DNA of 64,000 bases from Lobosporangium transversale (Eukaryota): NCBI RefSeq assembly GCF_002105155.1, contig NW_019029010.1, positions 62,001 through 126,000 on the forward strand. Direction: 5' to 3'. Within the stretch, counting starts at the first letter, position 1, and every line of letters starts with the position of its first letter. The notes below the pieces were generated by a model that was not told the origin of the DNA, made no database searches, and worked only from the letters and a program-made list of their open reading frames with translations. Position numbers and translations under genes: made by a program. Positions 50,930 through 62,514 of the stretch are shown here, in pieces.

Positions 50930-51467
50930 AAGGAATTGAAATAAATAAATAAACAGATAAAAAAAAAAAACTATATATAACTATATATTTATTTATATAC
51001 TCTTGCATAGGAGACTGGAATGCGCCGTGTGTGTACGAAATACGTGGGAATTTTTTTTTTTTTTGCTTAATGAGATCATTTGAATATCCAGTTCACATGT
51101 GGAAAAAAAATTTTTAGGTTTGTAGCGCCACCATGGCCACATTGTCGGGAAAAATGAAAAAAAAAAAAAAGTGGCGCTATGTTGTTTCAAAGAGTTTTTA
51201 TTTTTACTTTTATTGCACCTTTTTTTTTTTTTTATAGAATATAAAGACACATCGAGGTTTGGTCGGTGTAGCTTGTCATCCATAAATAGCCCCACTTTTA
51301 TCATCCCTTCTCTCTTTTTTTTTTTCTTTCTTTCTTCTTTTCATTCTCAAAACCACGCACACCGTCTTTCCATATTCCTTCCCCATCTCTTCCTTACTTG
51401 CTTCCCATTTAAGCAACAAAACCAACTTAAAAAAAGAAAAAAGAAAAAAGAATAAACCAATTTCATC

Positions 51468-51728
51468 ATGAAGAACTTGTTTTTCCTTTTGTCTGCTGTC
51501 GCTGTTCTCTTGTCCCCCGCTTTGGCTGACGATGTCAACTCCGAGTGTGTAGTCCATGCATTCAAGCCTTCGTGGTCCGCGATTAAAGAGTGCTGCCTAT
51601 CGAACATGGGAGGATCCGATTTCCGGCGCAATAAATTGTTCTGCAAATTACCCACCGGTAATGAAGGTTATTTCCGCAGATGTGTCAAGAAACTTGGCTA
51701 TGCTTCTACCGTCGATTGCGTTTACTAA
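51468..51728 (+). CDS. Family B member 5 (86 aa, most divergent)
   Basis: Signal peptide MKNLFFLLSAVAVLLSPALA; 6 Cys; EGYFRRCVKKLGYASTVDCVY. Confidence 0.88.
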   Translation: MKNLFFLLSAVAVLLSPALADDVNSECVVHAFKPSWSAIKECCLSNMGGSDFRRNKLFCKLPTGNEGYFRRCVKKLGYASTVDCVY

Positions 51729-52197
51729 ACAAAACTAAACAAAGCAAAACAAAAAGAAAAATCCTTCGTTAATAAGGATAGTAAAAAAAAAAAAAAAAGA
51801 GGAAAAAAAAAAAACCTCAATCAATAAATCAATAGTATATACGTAAATATTTGCAATTCACTCTCTATGATCATTATTATGATAAGAATGGCCCTGAAGG
51901 TCGACTTTTTTTTTATTTTTTACCCTGTGGTTGAATTTGCCTTTGCAAAGTGTCTCACAAAACGTGTAGCACATGCAAGCGGTGGATTTTTTTTTAAAAG
52001 CGTCTAGGCGTGCTGGGCGTAAAAAAAAAACTATCGTGTCAAATTTTACTACAAATACTTTGTCTTTATATTTTACTATTTACTTCTTGATTTACTAATT
52101 TATTTTTATGTTATACTTTTTTATTTTTATTGCTCTATGGTTTATTTCAATGTTTTTACTATTTTATTTAAATGGTTTACAAAGTGTATGTGTTTTA

Positions 52198-53247
52198 TTA
52201 TACATTGTAGCTACATTCTGTCATGTCATAGTTCACTCCTCTTTTCCTATGGTCATCCACTTCATTGTACCAGCATTTGATCTGGAACCGTGTCAAAGCG
52301 TACTGGATTTGCTCATCCCATCTAATTGTAACCCCGCATTCCCTTGCCAACATCTCACTCCTGTACAAGATGGCGAAACAGTCTTTGAGATATTGTTTCA
52401 GCAACTCCAAATCCTCAAAGATATCTCGAAAAGAATAATCCAATACCTGGGACATCCTAGCTCCAGCTCTAACACCGGCTCCAGTTCCAGATCCTTCATT
52501 TAGTTTTTTAATAAAAGGGACATGCATCGCAATCTGTGAATCGCCATCACAAGTCGATACCAACTCTGTACGTAGTCTTTTGTATCCTCCTATCCCCTGA
52601 TACTTCTCCTTCTGGCACAGCTCTGGGAACTCTGCCAACACATTGATATAGACATACGCATTCATAGCATAGTCAATCACTCGATCCCATCCAAAGCTAT
52701 GTCCCCAAGAGAGAAAATACAGTTGTTTCAATGGAATCTGAGGATGCTGTGCCAATCCCAACAGAGCCTCCATCTGGTTCTCAATCATCAGGTACTTGAC
52801 TGCGGTCGCCAGATCCAAGTGGTTGCTTGAATAGGAATATTCCTTGGCGTTTGGTGATGGATGCGCATGCTCACATCGAGCTTGTTGAATCCAATATTCA
52901 ATCTTTTGATTCTCTTCATTCAAATAAGGTGCATAGAAACCACGCGAGTCACAAAATGCTTGATTCTTAGCCAGAAGCTCGTCTGAGAACAACTTCCCAG
53001 ATGTTTGATCTGAGATTGGGAGACGACCTGCAGGTGGATATTTCTGACGTTCCGTTGTTGCAAACTCATGGATCGTTTTAGTCAGAGAATCTGTAAAATA
53101 GTGAAAGGTCTTTGCAGATTTGGCTTGTTTAGGATAATCGCGTGGGATAAAATCGGGAACGGGTTCCTGTGTTCGAGGATCCACGGATTGAGTGAGCTTG
53201 AGATGGCTGGCGAGGGACTTCCATGGGACATTATGATCTTGGTGCAT
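52198..53247 (-). CDS. Hypothetical protein (349 aa, single ORF)
   Basis: Long ATG-initiated ORF with globular composition in AT-rich DNA; no motif recognised. Confidence 0.7.
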   Translation of the reverse strand: MHQDHNVPWKSLASHLKLTQSVDPRTQEPVPDFIPRDYPKQAKSAKTFHYFTDSLTKTIHEFATTERQKYPPAGRLPISDQTSGKLFSDELLAKNQAFCDSRGFYAPYLNEENQKIEYWIQQARCEHAHPSPNAKEYSYSSNHLDLATAVKYLMIENQMEALLGLAQHPQIPLKQLYFLSWGHSFGWDRVIDYAMNAYVYINVLAEFPELCQKEKYQGIGGYKRLRTELVSTCDGDSQIAMHVPFIKKLNEGSGTGAGVRAGARMSQVLDYSFRDIFEDLELLKQYLKDCFAILYRSEMLARECGVTIRWDEQIQYALTRFQIKCWYNEVDDHRKRGVNYDMTECSYNV

Positions 53248-53487
53248 CCTATCTTGGTTATTTATACTTGTTTGAAATAAAGAAAGGTGATGAGGAAAGT
53301 AAAGGTCGGGAAAAAGGACGAGAGGCTATCTGGTATAAAAAAAAGGAGGATTGAAGGATTGTCTTTTCTTTCTTTTATTTATCTCTATCGAAGGCTGCGG
53401 CGACCACCACGTGCACAACTGCGGCATATATTTTCAATTAAAATAAAGTTTCTTGCATTTTTTGTTTTTATTTATAGTTTTATTGGC

Positions 53488-53623
53488 AATTGACGCTTCC
53501 CTTCGCAGGCATTATCCTGATCAGGTAGTGAGGGTATTTCTCAGCCCGTGTCACCCATTTTTCATGCTGAGGATTTAACTCCTCTGCAGAGAAACAAACA
53601 ACGGAGCACCCCTAGCGCCAACT
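53488..53623 (-). ncRNA. TPP riboswitch aptamer
   Basis: Minus strand reads AGTTGGCGCT-AGGGGTGC...GGGCTGAGAAATACCC-TCACT-ACCTGATCAGGATAATGCCTGCGAAGGGA-AGCGTCAATT. Conserved CUGAGA and CCUGAU..GGAUAAU.CC.GCG.AGGGA cores; 10-bp P1 stem; next to a thiamine gene. Confidence 0.95.
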
Positions 53624-53976
53624 CCCTTTTTTGTTTACTAAAATAAAGAAGAAAATAAAAAAGGATTGTTCGTCGGTCCCCCCAATAGCAACCAGTAGGA
53701 TTGTGAATTGTGACATGGCAAAGTAAAAAAGTAAAAAAAATATGTTGCCTCGCCACGCCAATAGATCCATATAAAAAAGGAACATTTGTAATGATGTTCA
53801 TATTTATTAGGATCCATCAACGTGGCAAGGGTAATTAGAAAATAAAATGGTGAGTAAAATGACATAAACAAGCATTTGGGCATTTGAACAAAAACTTAAA
53901 TGTGAAAAGATGAGTTCCTTACCAGACTTTTTTTAAAAAGAAAAAAAAAAAAAAAAAAAAGTCACAAGGACCATTT

Positions 53977-54427
53977 TTAGGCTTGAATAGACACAGCGGA
54001 GGCTGTCAACGAGACATAGTTGGAACAACCACACTTGGCTAAAACACCCGTATCGACTACAGGGTTAACAAAACCTGGAGCTGATTCAGGCTCCAAGGTC
54101 CAAGTCAGGAAGTCATTGGTCTGGTTCTGAACAAAGGCCTCATCCACAATCTCAAGGCGCTTGCAGTACTTGGTCACCTTATCCCAGTCGCGTTGAACGT
54201 TTTTGAGATCACGAGACATGTAACGGAACGAACGCTGGAAGATCTTTCGGTTGACCTCACTGTCCATATGAGGCTTCATCTCTACAAAGAGCTCATAAGC
54301 CTCCGCAGGTTGAGCAAACATGTAATCTGTCGCGCGCTTGACAGCTTTCATAAACGCAGCCACCTTTTTGGGATTGTTCTGGATGAAGGTCTCGTTGCCA
54401 ATCAACAGAATCTGATTTGTAAAGGAA

Positions 54428-54463
<36 letters not shown>

Positions 54464-55167
54464 AAAAAGAAAAAAAAAAGAAAAAAAAAAAAACAACTTA
54501 AGTATGCCGCATGAGAGGAAAGGCAAATACTGGAATTGAATTGAGAATAGGAAGCTTAGCTTACCGAGCAGAAGCAGCAGCATCCGAGGTTAGCGAGCTC
54601 ATCAATACGCAACATACGGACATCGTCACGAGTGCGACCTTGTTTGATCGACCATTCTTCCAACTCGACCATCTGCACATTCTCAAGACCAATACCTGCA
54701 TCGATCTCTCCACGGATGATCGCGCCAGTGACGTTCATGCCCACACGGACAGCCGTGTAATCCGCAGGTGTCATACCATAATGGCGAGTCAACTCATCCA
54801 ACTGGATCTTTCCAAATTCACCCACGTATCCGATCTTCTTTCCACGAAGGGTTTGGAAATCAGTGGTGATTCCGCTTTGAGAGGCCAAGTAGACCACACC
54901 CGTGGGAGGCTCATCCAAGATCGTGCCAATGGACTTGATAGGGAATCCACGGGCCTTACCAGCAATGGTATGGATCATAGCTTTGCAGCCGAGATCAACT
55001 TTTCCAGAGCCGATGATCTCGGTGACATCCGAGGGGTTGTTAGGTTCCAGGATTGCAACCTTGATTCCTTCCTCTGTGAAGTAGTTGAGCTTCTCAGCAA
55101 GGAAGAGGGGCAGATGGTATGGGGTAGCGTGCCAGTTCAAAAGGCAAGTGATCTTGTCAGTAGACAT
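53977..55167 (-). CDS. THI5: HMP-phosphate synthase (THI5/NMT1 family); exons 55167-54565 and 54411-53977
   Basis: [63 protein letters not shown] intron. Confidence 0.97.
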
Positions 55168-56260
55168 GGCGAAATGGGAAATGTTTTTTTTTTTGGGATA
55201 GATAAGATTATTGAAAAAAAAAAGAAGTTTCCTTTACAGTCGTGTGGAGAGTAGTGTTGATGAAGGAAAAGACAGCGAACAAGAAAAAGAATAAATGTGT
55301 TTTTTGATGGAGGTATTAATGTTTTTTTCTCACACACTGAATGCCAATTGTTGGGATCTTTCCTCTGTTCCCACGATTGAAATTTTTATTTTATTCCTGA
55401 TAAGAGTCACAGATGCATATGCATTTCGAGACATTCATTTGCATCGTAATTGCCCAAACATCATTCCCTTGCCGCTCTGTTATTGTACGACATCATCTTG
55501 CTAAACAAGCAATATTTATTATACAGCTATACAGCGTATTAATTGTTACATCCATTTAAAAACGTTTTATCCTTTAAGCCCATTTTCAATTTGGACAGAA
55601 ATAAGTTGTATCCGATATAAGCTAACATGGTTATCCTAAAAGTTATCCTATTCCCAAACGTTGATAATCGAATCGATCATGTCTTTTACATGTCCCACAA
55701 TATCCCATGGTTAATTCCGCATGGCCACCTGCAGAATTTGCAAACGTTCGCCGTCCTTTTCAATTAGCTTTTTAACTTACCTTTGGACAATTTTTTTTTT
55801 ATTCATTGGAATAATGTAAAAAGAAAACAGATAAAGCTTATTCTAAAGCAGATAAAACAATTAAAAACGCTGTATTACACATGAGTCACCGGATCATTCT
55901 ATGCTCTTCTCTTCCATTTGGCGTTTATAACTATTGCCTTAATAAACCTTTCGTAATTAATAACGGACTAACCAAAAAGTGGCATCCGTATGAGTCCCTG
56001 ATATAAACTGTCCATCAGATAGTTATGAGTGAATGGGGGAATGCGTATGGAATATATTTAAGCAAGAGGCATTGAGTCAATGGTGAATGGAGCAAATGTG
56101 TAAATTTGCGCCAATTAAAAGGCAGTCATGATCAAAATAATAGGGAAGGCGTCAGTTTATGCAAAAAAGCTGATCAATTACAGCTTAGCACAGACGTTTT
56201 TTTTCCTTTCAAATAGGGACATCTGTTACTCTCTTTTACTTGTTGCAACGTGAGTGAAAG

Positions 56261-56309
<49 letters not shown>

Positions 56310-56725
56310 ACTTTCATTGAAAGGCCGCCATTTCTACATGCTAAGTAAATATATATCTATACTACCTCTCTATCGGTGAACAATAATCATTAACTCACGA
56401 ACGCATGGGCACAGGTCAACGTCAGCTCCAGAAGACCATACCTTCAGCTAAAAATACATCTCAAATATTGTGTCCGTACAAGAGCACGCAAATATTACTA
56501 CAGGATGTTTATGTTAATGAAAAAATAGATATCTAAGAGATACCTCATACCAAGTTATCCATAAGACTTTTATTGTAAAACGAAACAAAGGAAAGGACAT
56601 GCTCACTCCTCTCATAATGCCGATCAGTGCCATCAATATCATCATATGAGCCGCTTGGAATAAAGTGTGTACCTTCAAACTCTTCATTACATTTGCTACA
56701 AATAAATTAATACCCCTTGACTCCT

Positions 56726-57262
56726 TCACTTAGTGATCTGTCTTTTTTGGCTTCGTATCAAAATATCGCTGTTCTCAACGTTAGATTCGAATGGCGTAGA
56801 TGACTCTGTCATGCTCTCATGATTTACTTCTTGAAAAGTCGGACGCTGTGTTGGATCACCAACAGCTCCATGTTGTTCCAGAATCTTTCTGTTGCTTTCA
56901 CTCAAATCAGCTACATCTTGAATGCTTGCATTGAGAGCGTAAAGAGCTTTTTGCCCTGTGCTCCACTTCAGATGGATATGGCATTGGCCATCTTCTTCTT
57001 TGACAATCTGCCACATACGAACACAACCATCACTATATCCTGCCACCAGAAAATAATCTTCTTTGGAAACACCCCATTCAAGAGCCTGAATATATCCGCC
57101 TGCAAATGGAATATCAGCCAAGCACTGGGCTGATTCTGAGTCCCACAGTCGTGCCGCCCTGTCCTTACTAGCTGAGGCAATGTACTGGCCATCGCAAGAA
57201 TAAGATATGGCGACTATATTGTCGGTGTGCCCTTGAAGCGTATGCAACACAGTCCGATGGCA
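56726..57262 (-). pseudogene. 5'-truncated WD40-repeat gene remnant (C-terminal end of a Mortierella-type WD40 protein)
   Basis: LHTLQGHTDNIVAISYSCDGQYIASASKDRAARLWD plus a second repeat; tail LNASIQDVADLSESNRKILEQHGA; no ATG or upstream repeats. Confidence 0.7.
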
Positions 57263-57350
57263 TCATGTAATGTAAATGAGCTTTCTCAAGAAATGTCATC
57301 TTGTCGACCTCTTGACTCCGAATAGCTCCATTAATTTTTTTTTTTTTAAG

Positions 57351-60066
57351 GTACGAGCCGAAAAGAATCAAATACCGCCCTGGATGCGTTATTGAGGTTA
57401 TTTACAAGCAACCACTCTCTGAATCCTTGAATGAAATTGTCGAAGACCTGGGTATCAAGGACGAAGAATTCTCTTCAGGACATATTCCTTCTGCGCCACC
57501 TCGTTTTGGTCCTCCCACAAGAAAACTCACTTTTCAAGTCAAGCAAGATATGACGTCTCTGATGAATACACTCATTGAAACTGTAGTTGAAAAAAACCGC
57601 CAAGGAAAGGCTTTAGATACATCGATGATTCAGTCTCTCATAGAATCAAATCTTCCTGCCGATTATGGACACCTCAGGAGCAATCCTGCGGTTACTCGTT
57701 CCGCACAAGCAGGTAGACCTATAAATTCCGGATTTGAGAATGCAGTTATGCGCAAGTTGGATGGGATTCAAGCGCTTGCTATTGAGATTTTTGAGCTCCA
57801 AAGACAGATGAATGATCGGCTGATTCTGATTGACCGCAAGACGGAGGCTATCTTGACCATGAACTACGAATTGCTTGAGTATACTATCCCGAGATTGTTT
57901 ATCGTATTACCAGATTACACAAGTGACACAAGTGATTGGGACCCAGCCAACAAACTACGCACCAGATTTCGCTTGCATTTTATTTGCGAGTGTGGAGAGC
58001 ACACTCAAGTACCTGGTAACAAAGATCCGCCGCACTACCCTCACCTTGCTCGTCATGAAGGATACATCATCAACAGACCGACAGAATTCTTTAAAAAGTA
58101 TGGGCCTTACGTGCTGGTGATGCTCGAGATGCTTAAGGCGGGAACAACATTTGGGGGATGTGTGCTGCCAGCGCTAAGCAGTTTAAAAATCGTAGAAACT
58201 CTCAGTATTGCACAGCTCGGTATCAACTCGATCAATCTCAAAACCATCGAAGGGGTTGACTACTCTCTGGCATTTCTGGAAGAAAATCGCACTCGATACC
58301 GAAAGTTAGGTCTAGAAGATTTGCATACGAGAAACCTAGCAGCTGAAAGTACATCGCGTTATGAGCTCGCTGCATATTTGGCCGGAGTTGATGGAGCAGA
58401 AGGAGTGGACTTGCGGCAGCTGAGCTCTTATTTGGCAATGAATGATACAGGGAACTTGTATGGGAATTTGTTTCGTGTTGTAGCCGAAAATGGTCATGTC
58501 AAATGGGTTTGTCGCGAACACTTCGACACTATGCAGGAACAGTCCTGCATCCGAAAAGTCAACGAGGCGATTAAAACAGGTGTATTTGATGTCCAACTTG
58601 GTAGAATTGAAATGTCTTTAAAATCCGCGATTGAAGCTTTAGAGATCTATCAAGCCATTGGTAAAATCAAGAGACTTCACGAACTTGATTTAATATTGCA
58701 ATGGGACCAAGAATATTTACACCTTGTCAGACTGAAGGATGCAATCTCGAAAGCGAAAATCAAGGCGGTCAAATTGACCTTGCTACAATCATCAAAAGCG
58801 TCGGATACCAACATCGAAAGGCCTAATCAACAATTATATAACCCTCTTTTCGAGATTATGCAGCTCTCTTCTACCCAATCTTTTGAAATCAACCAAGTCC
58901 CCAAGGATTTCCTTAAACAGTCCAGTCCGATGGAGGTCGATTTGCCGCATTTGAAGCATTTAAGCATTATTGGTTCATGGGCAGTGGATAGGAAAAGGAG
59001 AAGACAAGATATGGACAAAGATATTGAAAAACTTAAAGCGCTGGTCAAAAATGCAACAAAGCTCTCTAGCTTATCCTTAAACGTATCAATTGAACGATTA
59101 CCTAAAGTCTTCAATGCGCTTTCTCAATATCAGTCCTGCCTCGTTAATTTTGTCAACCTTGGCCTCCGTGTGTTGCCATCAATGAACGACGAATGTATTC
59201 AAAATAGTACTACTATCTTAGATCTTACACAACTGTTTCAGCTACATGGTGCGCAGTTGGAGACACTGGATCTTCGTAATCTTCGACTGGAAGGTGTTGT
59301 GGTGGAGGCTATAGTCAAGGCGACAGAGAGGGTTTCGAGGCTGAAGGAGCTGTACTGGCCCAACCGGAGCCAGTACCTTGACGACCAATATATCAAGAAC
59401 CTCGTTACAATTGCTGTTCAGTCCGATTGACGTCTTTTGCATATTGAAATGAATAATGTTGACACACAGGTACGATTACTGCAGTCGATTCCATGGAAGC
59501 GTATGCGCGAATTAAGGATTGAGGATGTTAATGATGGCTTCATGCCTGCTGACGTTTGGAAGGCAATAAGGACTGAGAAAACTATGCTGACGGCATTAAT
59601 AAATGGTATGAAGGGAGCAGCAGAGAGGCCTGAATTGAAATGCTTTAGGTATACTGCAAAGAAGCTCTATGCGGATGGGCGACGATTACTTGGTCATATC
59701 CTTTCCATGGTATCATTCAAACGCCTTGATTTAAGGATGGGATTGACTTGCGATCAGGTAGTTGAACTATTCCGCTCGATGGACAATCCACATGTGCAAC
59801 ATATTGTGCTACAGACGGAAGGCTGGAGCAAAAGCAACGTTCAGGCCGTCTTAGATACCCTTCTTCAACGTTTCACAAAGCTACAGTCAATCGTTTTGGG
59901 AGGCGCAGACATTACCAAGGAACAGGAAGAACAACTTCATTCCAAAGGGATTACGCTTGATGATGAATTACCAAGTGGCCACTCAATACAGAATATAAAA
60001 GATTTGATGGGCTGCGTCGTTGTAGAGGTGGATAGGTACTTGTCCATAAAGTCCCAAGTTGACTAG
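57351..60066 (+). pseudogene. Large Mortierellaceae-type protein with C-terminal LRR-like region; in-frame TGA at 59428-59430; 5' exon not found
   Basis: Acceptor T(n)AAG|G at 57350, then YEPKRIKYRPG; YELLEYTIPRLFIVLP, FRLHFICECGEH, HEGY; LxxLxL repeats. ORFs 57427-59430 and 59437-60066 are in the same frame. Confidence 0.7.
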
Positions 60067-60435
60067 TCTGTAACATACAATGCCTGTATATCAAAAACCG
60101 CACATATGCTAGCTAGAAAGAAAAATTTTGGCGAGATCAGCTCAAACAGAGATGTAGCCCTCACTCGATATTTAAGAAATAGAGAACAAATTATGTAATG
60201 TTCCTAGGGGATGTTGACTTAGGGAAAATGAATAGATATTATTACTATTATTAAGATAGTACGGTTGTATATGTCGAGCATTATCATTAGTATCTGATAC
60301 TGTCTATCCTTATCAAAGATATTGAAAGTATCGAGGCTTATAGAAGCTGGAAGGAAGAAATTATTTTATTTTATCGGCTATATGGAATAGAGCTATAGGC
60401 CATGGACTGCAATGTGTAAACTTAAGCGCCAAGCT

Positions 60436-61370
60436 TTAACTGGCTAAGCAATCGGGAAGTTTGACCTTCAGTTTCTTATCAATTGTCAACAGGCCCCAGA
60501 AGCCCTCGACTGCAGAACCAGGCCAAACCTTCCAAGGAGCATCAAAGAATTCAAAGTAATAATACGGAAGCTGTTTTGCATTCGCATCACAGAGCCATGT
60601 GTCAATAAATGTCTGCAGGTTAGGGATCGATGGGATGGATGCATTGGTGTTACTGCTTCCTGGGAATGTAGGCCAGCCCACTTCAGTGATCCAAATATCC
60701 AATGGATTGGCATTGCCCTGGCTCACAGCCGGCTTAACAGACTGCTCTAGGTATTTCCAGAACCATGAAGCAGCCTCTGAAACAGGTGCGCCTGAAAAGA
60801 ATGGATGTAAATTGACGCCGGCTTTATCCTCATGGTTCGTCAACGGAGGCTTGTTCGCGCTCTCGAGATCTGAAGTGAAAACAGGGATCTCAGGATGGCC
60901 CGATGCCACGACCTGGCTCTTCACTTGTTGAATATGAGCCAATAAAACATCCATGGGTTGATAGTTATCAAAGATGACCTCGTTACCGACCGAGACCCCA
61001 ATCACGTTCGACCAACCGTACTCCTTCATCACTGCAAAAAACTCGGCGGATTGACGGGTGAAAGTTGCACTGTCCTTATCGATCCAGATACCGACAACGA
61101 CTTTCAAGTCTAATTTGAGACGTTGAATCGCATCGATTGTATACCTGAGTACATTGCAATCTGTTCCGTAAAGACGCACACGCTTAGTTGTCTGCACAAG
61201 AAGCTGGAGCTCCTCATCCACAGTCTGTTGAGTGTTGTAGCAGTTAGGAAGCTGAGCGTTCAATGGAACGTAGGCCATGCCATAAAATACGCGTTTCAAC
61301 TGTTGGACTGTGTTAGGAACAACTGTACCGTCAGGCTTGGTCACTACAGGTGTCATTTTAGGGTGTTGAA

Positions 61371-61401
<31 letters not shown>

Positions 61402-61812
61402 TTTAGTTAGTAGGGCAAGAGGTTGATGTGGTGGAGCTCATGCAGGCGCTATTCATATTGGTATAGTGGATAGGAACATTAGTATACCTGTGTTCCCTTG
61501 AGCATGACCACTGCCTCCTTTGCTAGACTTATTGTCCTGATTCTTCTTGTGGACTGCAAAATACCAAGCCAAGACTGCAGCGGCAGCGATCAAGAGTAGA
61601 GCAATGGTACCCAAGACGACCACTTTGCACTTGCGAGACCTCTTTTTCTTGGCAGACGAGCCTCGCCGTGCCTTTGCTAGAGTATCAGCGCCAGCACCAA
61701 CACCAGCACCGGCGGTAGAAAGTTCAGCATGGCGTCTGCGCTCCTGTTGTCGATGTTGTTGAGGCGTCATGTTGGTCGCATAGGTCTCATCATGTTGTGG
61801 GTGCGGTGTCAT
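60436..61812 (-). CDS. Glycoside hydrolase family 17 (beta-1,3-glucanase/glucanosyltransferase) with N-terminal membrane anchor; exons 61812-61488 and 61343-60436
   Basis: FYGMAY, RVRLYGTDC, VSVGNE, NLHPFFSG, ITEVGWPT, YYYFEFFDAPWK; TM segment VVVLGTIALLLIAAAAVLAWYF; GTATAC..TGTAG intron in frame. Confidence 0.92.
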
Positions 61813-62514
61813 GATTTTAGGATAAAATAAAAAAAGGCGCACAACGTGCTTGTGTGTCTGATATTAGATATTAGATTAAAGAAATAAATATGGATGAACG
61901 TGCGTTAGAGGGACAACTTGGATTAGAGAAGAGAAGACTGAAGAGATATGGATGTAAAGTATGATTAAAGTGCTTAGGTATCTAGCAATAGAAGGAAAGA
62001 GGTGGGAAGAGGCAAGAATGGAGCAGACCAATTGACATGGACAAGGGTGAATGAGACTCTTCATTGCGATGAGAGAATGATGACAGCGATGGGAGTACAG
62101 ACAATTACACTGTTTTTCAAGAGAAGAAACATTATTGAATGTTTTAATTATTTCAGGCACCGTTTGAATCAATTGAATTAAGCAATAGGATAATGATTGT
62201 TCCTGCATCGTCATTCGCTGGATTTTATTTCGATGACAGAATTATCTAAAGTTTAAATGTCTTTAATTCTTTACAAGCCAATTGAGATTAAGCCATGCCA
62301 TGGTCAACTCTGTACATGTATATATAATTATTATCATTATTCTGTAGCAATCAATTTGCTTTTTGATCCTTTAATGGTTCCTTAGCCTTACACGAATATC
62401 GCTTGTATTACAAAAATGAATATTATTTATTACTTTTTCTTTTTTTCTTTTTCTTTTTTGTTACAAAACAAGTGAAGAGAAGAAATAGTCCACTGCCTAT
62501 TCGTTGCTGGCCTT

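Noticed and set aside
54511..55254. 247-aa + strand ORF
   Set aside because: Antisense shadow of THI5 exon 1 with no motifs.
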